Assembly (NCBI GenBank): GCA_030704615.1
Contig: CM060732.1
Span: 14,570,001 to 14,634,000, forward strand
DNA from: Takakia lepidozioides
Taxonomy: Eukaryota; Plantae; Bryophyta
DNA length: 64,000 nt
Direction of reading: 5' to 3'
The notes below the pieces were generated by a model, which worked only from the letters and a program-made list of their open reading frames with translations, was not told the DNA's origin and did no database searches. The translations under genes were made by a program, and so were the position numbers. Below, piece after piece: positions 25,801 to 37,500 of the stretch. Position 1 is the first letter of the stretch. The number at the start of each line of letters is the position of its first letter.

Positions 25801-28800
25801 GCGGGCATGTGGTATCTTCCGAAAGAATAGGTCGGTTTTGTAGAGCAGAAAGTACCTCATCACATAGTCGCGTAGGCTCTCTGCTGCAGGAGAAATCTCC
25901 ATCTTGAACTGATGTGCTTGTGTGTCCAGCTGCTCTTGCGCATTCGTCGTCACCTGTGGAGATTCTCCATCAGATCGCATTGCTGAAAAAATACAATGAA
26001 TCCACCCCCTACAAGAGTAGAAGCGCCAAACGAAGCGTGGGGAAGTACATGAAACCACCATGACATGCGGTTCATCCACATGTCGAATGTGGGGTCAGAC
26101 AGTTTGTCCGGTTTGGGGAAGCTCCACATGTCCCTTGTACTTTGGGAACCATTCCAGATTTGGAGCCACCGGGTCTGTCCAACCACCCAGCATATTCGTA
26201 AGCGCCAAACACCACAAAAACGAGTTGTTGCCACCACAATTTGGTTAAGAATGTATCACCTTTTCTGCACCATCCACACAGGATGTGGCTAGACGATGGA
26301 GCTTCTCCAATGTCATCGTGGGTTCAGAGCGCGGGAGTAGTGCTTCCCCACCTCCACCATAAAGTCGGCACCAAGGGCGGGATCAGCTATGGCCACGTAC
26401 TTTACCATCCGCGACTTGTACTTTATGCGGGCCCTCACCTCCGCAGCTTTGAGATACGATTCGAGTGCCGGGAGGGTTAGATTCTTCTCCTCTGACTCCA
26501 TGTAGAACCTCCGCGCATGTGCCAAATCCTGCTGAATTTTCGTCTGTCAAGAATGCGCACATAAGATTAGAGATCCTGCTCAACACTTTTTCTTCTATTG
26601 GGGGAGGAGAGACAGATTAGCTCAACAAAACAGTCAGGAGCTTTACCCGAAATATGTAGTCCACCATGGCGTCCATGCTCAGCCTATACCAGGTTCTGTC
26701 TGCCTTTGCCTCCGACTTGCGCAGGAGGTCGGCACTGAGCGAATTGGCAAACTCTTGCACCCCCTGCTTCCCGACATCCTTCACTCGGAACAGCATATGG
26801 GACAAGTTGGTGGCAATGAAAGCATTCTCAGTCACCCTGCAATGCCACATTTCCATCAAACAATTCTGAAATGGGAATTTACAACAAATATGAGGATTCG
26901 CAATGAAATGACTTACAATCGGATGGGTCCAAAAGCAAGAGGCGTTGTAACTTACGAGTTGATGTCCGCCATTGCAGCTTTGAGAAGACTGCGATCTTTG
27001 GGCCCCGCAACCTTCAGCACAACACACTCCACGGCGAAATGCCAATCGAGGTCGTTGGGGTGGGCTTCGGCTATGTGCTCCATCCATGCCAGGAGGCGAT
27101 GATTGCCGTCCCACACGTAAAACATCTTTCCGGACAAGTGCTGGAAAAGAGGATCAGTAACAATCGATCTCTCGAACTCCTCATTTTGCCTTTGCCAATG
27201 GGGACCCCATTTGTCCACCTCATCGGAAGTGTGGGCACGGGAAGCTCCTTGGTCGTTCTCAATGGAAACGTAAAATGCGGCAGACCCCATTCGATATCCA
27301 TCCCGGAAAGAGAATTTCAGCTTGTCGATATCGCCTGGGAGGGCAGGTCTCACCACCTGCAAAGACACCAAGCGGCAAAGGGGAATTCGAAGCTTGGCCG
27401 GCTACACCATGCCCCCCAGCACCCTGCCAATGTTGCTGTGGGTTGCCTCCAACATCTTGGCAGTGGCCAACTTCATATCCACCTCCGACATGACGTCTGC
27501 TGCAGAGGGGTTCTCCGGCAGCCCACCAGGACCGCCAAATCCAGCCTGTATGCTGCGGGTTTGGGGCCTGGGGATGTCCGGGAGGATGTCATCCTGGTCA
27601 GAAAACTCGGTGTCGTCCTCCTCAACATGGTGAACCACCGGCAAAACCACCTCGAGCACTCTCCCTGTCTCTACTGCCATCTCCCCGGCTTCACCTCGAA
27701 CTTGCACAATCCGTGCTCTTTGTGGTGTTCTTTCCTCTCCTCCACTCTCCACCGTATGGGTAATTGCGGGGGCTGCTCTTGTCCGCGATGGTGTAACCGG
27801 TGTGTTACTGCCTCTTTGTGGTGTCTTGGAGGGATCCACCGTCTCTGTGCGTCCCTCGGTTACATTGGTATCTGTCATTTGGGCACCCCTGACCTCTTCA
27901 GTGGCCTTTTCTCTTTCCTCCTGGCTAGCCTTTTGTCTCGCCTGTTCTTTTGCCCTCTCTTTTGCCCTCTTACGGGCTTTCTGTTTCTTACTAGGGCTAG
28001 CAGCAGGGGAGCCCTCCAGGACGACCACCTTTGATTGAGGAGAAGGAACACCCTCGCGCGCACTGCTTACTCCCCCCTCCGCAGCCCGTGACGGCTCTCT
28101 CGCCGGGGATTGCATGTGCTTAGCTTTCTTCTTCTTCTTTGCGTGGGCGGGCCCTACTGCATGTGCATCAACAACCTCCATTTCCGGATCTGCTGTCCTC
28201 ACGTCCTCACGCCCTTCACCTGTCATGCCGCCTGCACCAACCTCCCCAATGCCTATTCTGTCGTACCCTCGCTGCAGGTCCTCCCGTCCACCAACAAAAG
28301 GTTGAAGTTTTCCCTCTCGCCCCAAGTTGGGCGATTCAAACATGCGATGAGTTGGAGCGGTCGATGATACCACTAGCGTGTCGGGCTCGTCATCACTCTG
28401 TCATTCCCAAAATCGTCAGAACCAACATCGGTGCCAAAACCAGCAGCGCAACCACCATAGCAACAATCGTGGAACAACAATGAAAACAAAACAAGTTTAG
28501 GAAGTATGGAGTGCCATGGAACAACAATGAAAACAAATCCAACCAATGCCTAAGAATGACATGCAGAAGCAGCCTTCTCCAGAGCTGCCGGCTTTGCACA
28601 CGCATTGCAAACTATCTAAGGTTCACTCAACCGGTAATATGAAACACGATGAACAAATGATCAGGAATTCCATAAGACGGGAAAACAGGGTGAAATGTTT
28701 TGAAGGCACTTCATCTTCTCAGCTCAGCATGGATTTCCTTAATTTTTAACCACTCAGACTTTGATCATTCTTCGCAACAGCTGCTGCTTTTGCGATGCAG

Positions 28801-29069
28801 CCATACGCTTCCAGCGATGCCAGGATGAAGATGCAAAAACAAAGCGAAACAACAAAGCGAAAGCGAACAAAGCGAAAGCAGAAGTGGCTTGCCTGAGAGT
28901 ACTCGGCTTCAATTGGCGCGGGTTGTGAGCAAGACACTGGAATCTCCTGCTGGAGCTTAAGTTTGGCCATGCGAGAGATTGGCCGTCGTCCGTAGTACAA
29001 AGCTTTCAACTTCGGCCGCGGTCTGGATGTGAGGTCTCTCTCAGGAGAGCCACGCCCTTCAGGCGGCAT
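22840..29069 (-). pseudogene. Copy B cargo gene: multi-exon ParB/Srx-like + beta-class N6A/N4C methyltransferase-like protein
   Basis: First exon PRPKLKALYYGRRP; LRIPLCRLV..VRP..D..KL..F..GY; FYVWDGNHRLLAW (~27095-27116); ILLDIPDG (24209-24223); RSPAFIQTLMEMCS..RILDLTCGTG|ASMWAGTLSDRHVFAFEPD. Premature TAG at 27402-27404 and a frameshift near 26320. Confidence 0.85.
25130..25700. repeat. Intronic tandem array (~120 bp unit) of aaatggcgccgaatttcc / ggaaattcggcgccatttt motifs in the B cargo gene
   Basis: Units with gccaccctagggacttagcca..ggaaattcggcgccatttt..atggctaagtccc..aaaatggcgccgaatttccagttc, repeated 4-5 times. Confidence 0.9.
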
Positions 29070-29289
29070 AAGTCCCAGCCAAAATGGAAAAAAATCTCAG
29101 TTTTTTGGGGTACATGCCTCGAATAGAAGTTAATCCAAGATTAGCATCAGATTTAGGGTACATATCGAGGAAGCCATGTGTCGCCAGCCCGAATAAAAAT
29201 GGACGGCGGTGGACATTTAATGCCCAACTACGCAATTAAATGTCGGATGAAGCCCTCCCTGTCGGATGAAATATGACGCAACTCGGCCC

Positions 29290-30820
29290 GGAATTTCCAA
29301 CGTAGAGGTAATTCGAAGCGCAGCAGAATAGAATTCCGGCGCCGGATTTCCATCCACCAGGTACGGCGGTGCTCAAAATTTCCGTCATGCAGGTAATTCG
29401 GAGAGCAGCAGGATGGAAATTCAGCGCCGAATTTCCATCCTGCCAGGTAGGGCATCGCGCGAAATTTCCGTCACGCAGGTAATTCGGAGCCGGATGGATG
29501 GAAATCCGGCGCCGGATTTCCATCCTGCGAAGGTAGGGCGGGGCGCGAAATTTCCGCCACGCAGGTAATTCGGAGCCGGATGGATGGAAATCCGGCGCCA
29601 GATTTCCATCCTGTCAAGTAGGGCGGCGCGCGAAATTTCCGCCACGCAGGTAATTCGGAGTGGATGGGTGGAAATCCGGCGCCGGATTTCCATCCGCCAG
29701 GTTGGTCGGAGAGCGGATGGATGGAAATTCGGCGCCGAATTTCCATCCGGCAGGTAGGGCGGCGCGCAAAATTTCCGTCATGCAGGTAATTCGGAGCGGA
29801 TCAGGATGGAAATTCGGCGTTGAATTTCCATCCAGCAGGTAACTTGGATCGCTGGCGGATGGAAATTCGGCGCCGAATTTCCATTCGCCAGGTAAGTCGA
29901 AGCGCCGAATTACCTTCCTGCAGGTAATTCGGAGCGTGGCCACTTGGTTTTTCGGAGAAAAACAAACTAAACTGTTAGTTTTGTGCCTGAAGTCCACTTT
30001 TAGACACGTTTTTCATGGAGTCCTTGACTGCTACAGGGAAATCCGAACGGCCTCGGACGGAAATTCGGCGCCGTTTTTCCATCCTGGGAAGTTTTTATAT
30101 CGTCCAGTTTTGGGCCTCACCACCCGACCGGACTTCCTTTGAGGGGGCCCGGATGGAAATTCGGCGGCGAATTTCCATCCGGGGGATGGTCTCTGTCGGA
30201 CAGGTGCTGGCCTCTCCGCCCGAGGCGACTTCGTCCGGGAGTCCCCTGTTGGATATTCGGTGCCGAATTTCCATCCGGGGGTTGAAATGTGACGGCCAGG
30301 TGCCAGCCTCTCCTCCCCGACTGCATCCGAACGGCCCCTCCACGGAAATTTGGCGCCGTTTTCCCATCTGGGGAGGTTTTTATGTCGGCCAGTTTTCGGC
30401 CTGCCCCCCCCACATGACTTCGTTTGGGGGGGCCCGGATGGAAATTCGGCGCCGAATCTCCATCCAGGGGATGCTCTCTGTCGAACACGCGTCGGCCTCT
30501 ACTCCCGAGGCGGCTTCCCCTGTTGGATATTCGGTGCCAAATTACCGTCCGGGGGTTGTAATGTGAGGGCTAGGTGGCGGCCTTTCCCCCGAGCCGACTG
30601 CATCCGAACGGCCCCGGATGGAAATTATGTCGGCCAGTTTTCGGCCTGACCCCCCGACACGACTTCCTTTGGGGGGATCCGAATGGAAATTCGGCGCTGA
30701 ATTTCCATCCGGGGGTTGTTCTCTGTCGGACAGGTTCCGGCCTCTCTGCCCGAGGCGACTTCATACGTGCGGCCCCTGCTGGATATTCGGTGCCGAATTT
30801 TCATCCGGGGGTAGTAATGT
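29290..30820. repeat. Intergenic palindrome array of element B (GGAAATTCGGCGCCGAATTTCC and GGAAATCCGGCGCCGGATTTCC)
   Basis: More than 15 copies, including a perfect 30-bp palindrome GGATGGAAATTCGGCGCCGAATTTCCATCC at 29719-29748. Lies between the divergent cargo and transposase genes. Confidence 0.9.
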
Positions 30821-31108
30821 GACGGCACGGTGCCGGCTTCTCCCCTTCAGCCGACATCATCCGGACGGCCCCCCACTTTCTGACTGCATACCGTTGGCAG
30901 TTATTGCGCAAAGACCTGGGGCCGCATTCCTGAGACAAGGTTCATTAACACTCTGACAGTGGATTTTTGAGATAGTTGGCTCCCTGGATTTGGATCGGGC
31001 TTCGTCGCTCGGACAAATCGGCACCGCATTCCTTCCCATCGCTGCATCCCCCTTCTACCAGCGAGCTTGCCCGCACGCCATCCTGGGAGTCTTGTGTGCA
31101 CATCTCCC

Positions 31109-32003
31109 ATGGCGGAAAACCCGAGCGCTACAGTGTACTGCCCTCCTCACGAGCATAGAGCTTCATTTCCGTGCAGAGGGGACATCTGCCGGGTGATGGA
31201 GAAATATCTGTGCGTTCGATACCACCTGAAACCGGGGTCGGTTTTTTTGGAGGAGGAAAGGAAGGACTCAAACGGCGTTGTTGTCGAGAGTATTGTTGTG
31301 CTCCACGATGATTTCGGCGATGGCAGGAAATGGCGAGTTCCACCATCGGACAGCGTCATATACAGGGCTGTTGGGGACTTCATTTGCCCGCCAAATGCAC
31401 CTTCTATCTTGGCGCCTTCCACGAAACAATCCGCGAATCAGAGAGTGGTTACCTCAAAGAGAGAAGTCCACAACGAAGTAAATCCAGAGCCGAACCCATC
31501 CATGAAGACGAGCGAGAACCGGGTTGTTCACAACCTGTCCGACTCAGACGAGGTCATGGAAGTTCCGAGGTTGTCCTGGAGATCAGGCAAGTCCTCAATG
31601 GACGTCAGTGGACGAGGGAGTCATATTCCGAGCATGAGCACCGCAGTTCGATCTATTCTTGAAATTCTGCGAGGGCTTCACATGGAGGGACACCGCTCGG
31701 AGCTGGCCGGGCTGGACTACAGCAAGTTCGCAATTAAATCGGTTACATGCATTCCCGCAGGCGTCGACGATAATATCTTCTTTGAGTTCCCTCCTCGGAC
31801 GGACTACTCGAGGGCGTCCGGAATGTTGACAGATATGGATAGAAAACATGATGGTCATCCTTGGTGTGTCACCAAAACCACCAGCATGAAGATGCTCGAT
31901 GGTGTGCGGGTGCGCTACGTTGTTTGTGCGGGCGCGTTGCGGTGTTTCTCCCCAACTTGCTTCCATTTTAAATCCATAGGTCATAGGAACGAGACCGATT
32001 GGA
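31109..32003 (+). pseudogene. Element B transposase, N-terminal part (interrupted by element C)
   Basis: MAENPSATVYCPP..FEFPP..GMLTDMDRKHDGHPWCVTKT..CAGALRC..C..RNETDW is colinear with 42517 onward and ends at the TSD. Confidence 0.9.
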
Positions 32004-32466
32004 GGGGGCTGCTATTTCATGAGCCATGAGCCATGAGCGGCATGAGCCATGAGCAGAGTCGTAAGTGTGGAAAAAAACATGAGCAGCACTATTTTCCGGA
32101 AATGAGTGTCCGCGGGAATAGGGTTTAGGGTGCCACGGTCATAGGGGGAGAAGGACCTCCCGATGAAGGAGGTTCGGCAATGTTATTTAGAATTATATAT
32201 TGAAAGGCAATGTTTCGCGAATGGTAGGGTGGTATTGCTCTGTACAATGGGGGCCCATTTCAGCCTACCAGCCATTTGCAAAATTCACCCACACTCCCAA
32301 TCCCAAACGAAATGAGCAATGACGCATTCTCGGAACAATGGACACAGAATAGAATAAAAAGAGGGCACAATGAGGTTTTTATTGATCCACATGAATTGCA
32401 TTTGAAGCACGTCTACTGTGCTGATTGTGCCCTCAAATCTTGAGCCCTGTGCCTACTGAATACAAG

Positions 32467-33564
32467 TCACGTTGTCAATGGGACTTCGACTGCTCTCAGA
32501 ACTAGCTCATGAGTCCTGGGGCTCCTCCATGTAAAGTCGATTGCAGCCGTTGTACCGCCCCTAGTGATGTTCACCACAATGTCCTGCCCTTCAATCATAC
32601 CACCATCGAATATGGAAATCTTCACGTTTTCGTCGTCCACACCAATGCGAATGTCCCCATACAATGGAGAAGAGGAGCGCACTCCTCGAGGAGAATAGGT
32701 CTCTCCGATGGAGTCCACCCACGTCCAGTGGCAGCAGTTCCACCGCAACAGCATAGCAGTGCGCCTTCTTCTGCATGGGTGACCGTCGTAGCTGGGAAAA
32801 TCGGAATCGAGGATGCGCAGGAGCCACGGACTCCTCAAACCAAGATCGTCACCCCGCTCGAAGGCGTAGTGGCCTACGATATACTCAAAAGCCACCAATG
32901 TTTCCACAATCGAACCAGTATCTTCTGTGTAATCTGTGTACCAGATAACAATGTCTCCCGATGTGGCCGAATACATTGCATAATCGATGCCTCCAAAGGG
33001 GCAGTCGTCCCGGTTCCGGAAGCACGGCATCCTTGCAAAGGAGGACCTGAGGACGACTTGGATGCCGATGACCTTGCGGACAGCTACGAAGCCCTTAGAT
33101 TTTGGAAAAGATACGAAGCGGAAGAGCAGTCCGGCCTCCAAAATGGAGCATCTGGGTCACACGTACCCACCGACGGAGGTGGAACGTGTTCATCACGCCA
33201 GCGGTGGATGAACCCATACATCTTTCTCATCAACAAGTTATAGTTTGAGATCTGCCACCGAAGTCCATCCCCCCGGATGGAAATTCGGCGCCGCATTTAC
33301 ATCGAAGAGGGGATGGACTTCGTCGTGTCCAGTGGCGATCGGCCCACCTGGCAGTGACTGCCCATAGTTTGCATGGCAGGGTAGGAAACTCAAACGGCTA
33401 CATTCATGCAGCAGCCAATCTTCATCGGTCCAGGATCCTGTACGGGGGAAATTTAAATGTGCCCTGGAGTGTGCCCTGGAATGTACCTCACTTCTGTATG
33501 ACTGTGTTTCATTGTGTTGAATAACTCTCGGATTTGGCCCACTGTTTACAATTTGATGTCTCAT
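32467..33564 (-). CDS. Putative additional cargo gene of unknown function in element C (probably spliced)
   Basis: A 224-codon open frame 32467-33141 with globular composition, plus upstream frames 33084-33296 and 33238-33564 joinable through GT..AG sites. No recognisable family. Confidence 0.35.
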
Positions 33565-33649
33565 TTCTACAATTTGTCTGTCTGGTTGAATAAAGCAGAG
33601 TAACCGGTATGTGAGTCATGTGTCAAGAATATACCAGAGTAACGCCATG

Positions 33650-34400
33650 TCGGACATTGAAATGCGGCGCCGCATTTCCATGTCGGACATCGAAATTCGG
33701 CACCGCATTTCCATGTCGGACATCGAAATGCGGCACCGCATTTCCATGTGGGACAAGAAAATGCGGTGCATCATTTCCGTCCAGGTACACGAAATACCAA
33801 CACGGGTCTATAAATTGATCAGAAAACGAGGTTGGCATTGCAAATGCGGCGACGCATTTCCAGCTTGGCAATGGTAACTTCTTTTTGGACAAGGGAATGC
33901 GGTGCCGCATTTCCGTCCAACACTTCGAAAAGTGCACCTATTTCCGACCAGCGCGATGGAATGCGTTACCGCATTTCCGAGAGAGGGTCTGCAAATTGAC
34001 AAATTGCGATGTCCGTTCTGGAAATGCGGCGCCGCATTTGCATGTCCGTCATCGACTTTTTTTTTACAATGGAATGCGGTGCCAGTTTTTGCTGATGGGT
34101 CTGCAGTTCGAACAACCACCATCCCCAATATGGAAATGCGGCACCGCATTTCCAATCCCGCCATGTCGGCCTCCTTGTTCGACCTCCTTGTTCGACCTCT
34201 GTAAGCGTGGTGGCATCCATGCAATGAGCGGGAGAGGCCAAAACTGGCGTGTGGACAAAGGAAATTTTGGAAATGCGGCACCGCATTCCCAATTCAGATT
34301 ACTTTTTACTATGCCAACATTGAAATGGAAAAATTTGTCCCTCCCCTGTTTTGGAAATGCGGTGCCGCATTTCCAAAAGAGGTTCTTAGAGTTGCCAAAA
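33650..34400. repeat. Palindrome array of element C downstream of the cargo gene (GAAATGCGGYRCCGCATTTCC)
   Basis: About 13 copies, including a 33-bp tandem run atgtcggacat(c/t)gaaat(g/t)cggc(g/a)ccgcatttcc at 33647-33745. Confidence 0.9.
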
Positions 34401-34597
34401 TTTTGGAAATGCCCTGACCCATTTCTGATTTTGGGAGCGTCCTGGTTTGGGCGATTGTGTGGCTGGAATGCACACTGGAGAGGGGTCACGAATGTCGGGC
34501 AGAATTATCTTTATATACTCTGGAAGAGAATTTACATTTACAGAGACTTCATTAAAATTCTATTAATCTTGAAAATCATCGGAATCCTCATCCTGTT

Positions 34598-37500
34598 CTA
34601 GACTGTCCTGCTCCTCCTCCACCCCCTCAGTGCCTCTCTCATCTCCAGCGGACTGCTCGTTGGCCAGGCTTTCGAAAATCCCATCTTCCCTTGCGGAACT
34701 GTCCATCTCACCTCCGTTGGGTCGTCCTCCTCCCTGTCTGCGTCGCTCTCATCCGCTGAATCACATATGTACTTTCGTACCCGTCTACCTGTCTGAGCTG
34801 CTGCCAACTCTTTCCTTATCCTTCTGTCCTCCCTAGCCCTCTCCAAAATCTGCTCTACTTTACTGGGATTCTCACTTCTTCTAATCGCTGTATTTGCGAG
34901 TTTAGCTGCATAACTAGGAAGGGAGTAGTCCCTCACCGGGCTCGTCATGAAGTCGGCCCTCGCAAAGAACGGGACATTCTTCCTGGCAGGAAGTGTAGGC
35001 CCTACATGTTTCGACCCGGACCCTGCAATCCTGCACATGACAATCATCAACGAGACTAATGAGAACCACAGTCGGGAAATTCCTTTGACATAAATGACCC
35101 AGAAGGCTTTGCAAACTTACAATGTTTGCACTCACTCGTATTCCGGGTTCTCCTCTGCATCAATGTCCACTGTGTCTTCCTCGGACTCCGACGAATCCGA
35201 GGAGACTTCCGCTCTGTCGGGAGCCTTCACATTCCGTTGCAGCCCCTCCAGATGGGATCCCCACACGGATGAATCCTCCTCGTAGGCAAAGAGGTGCCGG
35301 TCGGAAAACCGCCCAGCCCACATTGAGGCACCTGTTACAATGCCATCCACACATTACCACATGGCGCTTCAGATGTTGCGAACTACATCCTAACGAGAAT
35401 TTGCAGAACAGCAGAGATCAAGATTCTGCATACCTGTCCCACAGATGAGGTCCAGCACTGTGCCCTCCACGTCTGTGCATGTCTCCATAATTGTCTGAAT
35501 GAAGGCAGGGCTCCGAGTCCGTGAGTACCGCAGGGGTTCCGTTGAAGTGAGGCTATGAGGGAGAAGTTCCTTGGGAACGTTGTTGAACAGAACGTCGTAA
35601 TCGAGTGGGTCGCAGTTCGGGTCAACCTTTCCTCCCTCCTTCCGGAAAGCAAAGGTGGAGTTTTCCTTCACAAAGCAGTATGCATCGAACTGCTTCGTCT
35701 GCATACACAGGGGGAAAACGATTAGAAACCGAATGCGGCACCGCATTTGAAAGCACCCAAGCAAATGAATGGACGAGTGCCAGTGTCGTAATCACCTTCT
35801 TCCCTTCCGACCGAAGGCCCAGTGTGTTGATGCACGTCCACTTCTTTTTCAGAATCGGGACGGCGCTCTTGCGGGTCCACTTCGCAATTCCTGTCTGAGT
35901 GTTTTTTCCTCTGCTCGCCAGGACAACCACACAGCCTCTGTCGTCCAACACCATGCGGGCAAGCCCGAATCCTTTCTTCCAAAAGTCCTCCGAGTACCTG
36001 TTCCAAGATGGCAAAGCTTGCAGTCCTTCCACAGGCTCTCCGTCCGGAATATCCAAGATGATCATATCGCAAGACCACTCGGTGGCATTTCCGCCCCTCC
36101 TACAATCCTTGTCTGCACACACCCTCTCAAAGAACGAGACCATATTCTGAAATCCTGGGGTGTCGGAAGGCTCTTCGGCAGTCGCCTTCTTCAGTGCTCT
36201 GCCCTTCAGACCCTCCATGGTCTTCATGTATGCCAACTTGGCTGCCCGTCCATCCAAAGCCGCCAAGAAACTCTCATTTACACACTGGACTACAGTTTCG
36301 GGAGCCACTTTCGGCCTCTTCATTTCCACCGGCTCGAAAGGGTGCCCCCCTGGGGGGTTGAAGAGTGCCTTCTTTGCCGAGCCAGTTCTCGTGCCTCTGG
36401 TGACAACGGTGGGCACAGGGGAGGCAGCCTGCGTTTGGGGGGGTGGGCTGGTTGCAAAGTCTCCATCGGAGTCCTCTTCCTCACCCTCTTCCTGAACAGG
36501 CTGTTTCTGCTTCTTCGTTTTGGCGGGTGTCACAACAGCTGCTCCTTGCTGGCGAGTCCTCTTCTTCGACCCCTTCTGTTGGGCCTGCACAGCTGCATCC
36601 ACCGTCTTTTGTGCCATCTCAGCTGCCTTTCTGGATTCTTCCAGAGCAGCAGATTCCTTTGCCGACTTTGGCCCAGCAGGGACACGTCTTTCCTTTCTCT
36701 TCTCTTCTGCCAAGGCGTGCAGATCTTTCTCAGACTCGTCAACAATACCGCCAGACATGTCCAGGTACCACGGGCATCCAACGAGATGCGCGGGATGCCA
36801 TTGTTTCTGCATCTCGGGTGTGTAGACACAGCTTGGGCCCGCCACGGTCCAAGCCATGAAGAACGGGGGCTCTTGAGCCAGGGCCCCTGTCTGAAGGAGC
36901 ACGTATTTCATATACCTGCAAGGCAGTCAGCATGCGTGAGCAAAACTTGAGACCAACCTACTGGCAGAGTGCCACCGAAAACATAAAATGCGAATGCGGT
37001 GCCGCATTTCCGAGACAAACCTCGTAACCAGGCTTCGCATACAAGGGCAGCTGTGCTTCACCTGTAAACAATTCGCATTGCAGCTTTCCCCGCTCCCTCC
37101 TGATGTGTAAACTCCACGCTCCTTCTTGCTGTCTGTAGCTCTCTGGCGAAAAGGTTGTCCTTGTACGCACATCTGAAACGTGTCACGTAGTCTTCCAATG
37201 TCTGTGTTCCATCCCATTTGACGTACAAGCCGAACGAATTTGTGTGCATTACGACTTGCTCCTTTGCATTCGACATTACCTGCCATTCCCAAATGCATTG
37301 TCACGTAGCAGTTCAGGGAATTCATGTCAGAAAAGCAAATCTGGGGAAGTACCTTGAATTACCTGGAACCACCAAGTCATGCGGTTGAGCCACACATCCA
37401 CTGCAGGGTCGGAAACTTCCAGTGGAAAAGACCACATTGTCCTTATGCTCTCGGATGCATTCCAGATCGACAGCCACCGTGTCTGCCATTTCCGATCCAA

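Noticed and set aside
27039-28034. Long plus-strand ORFs (331 aa here; 393 aa at 35769-36950)
   Set aside because: Antisense shadows of the cargo exons with no recognisable motifs.
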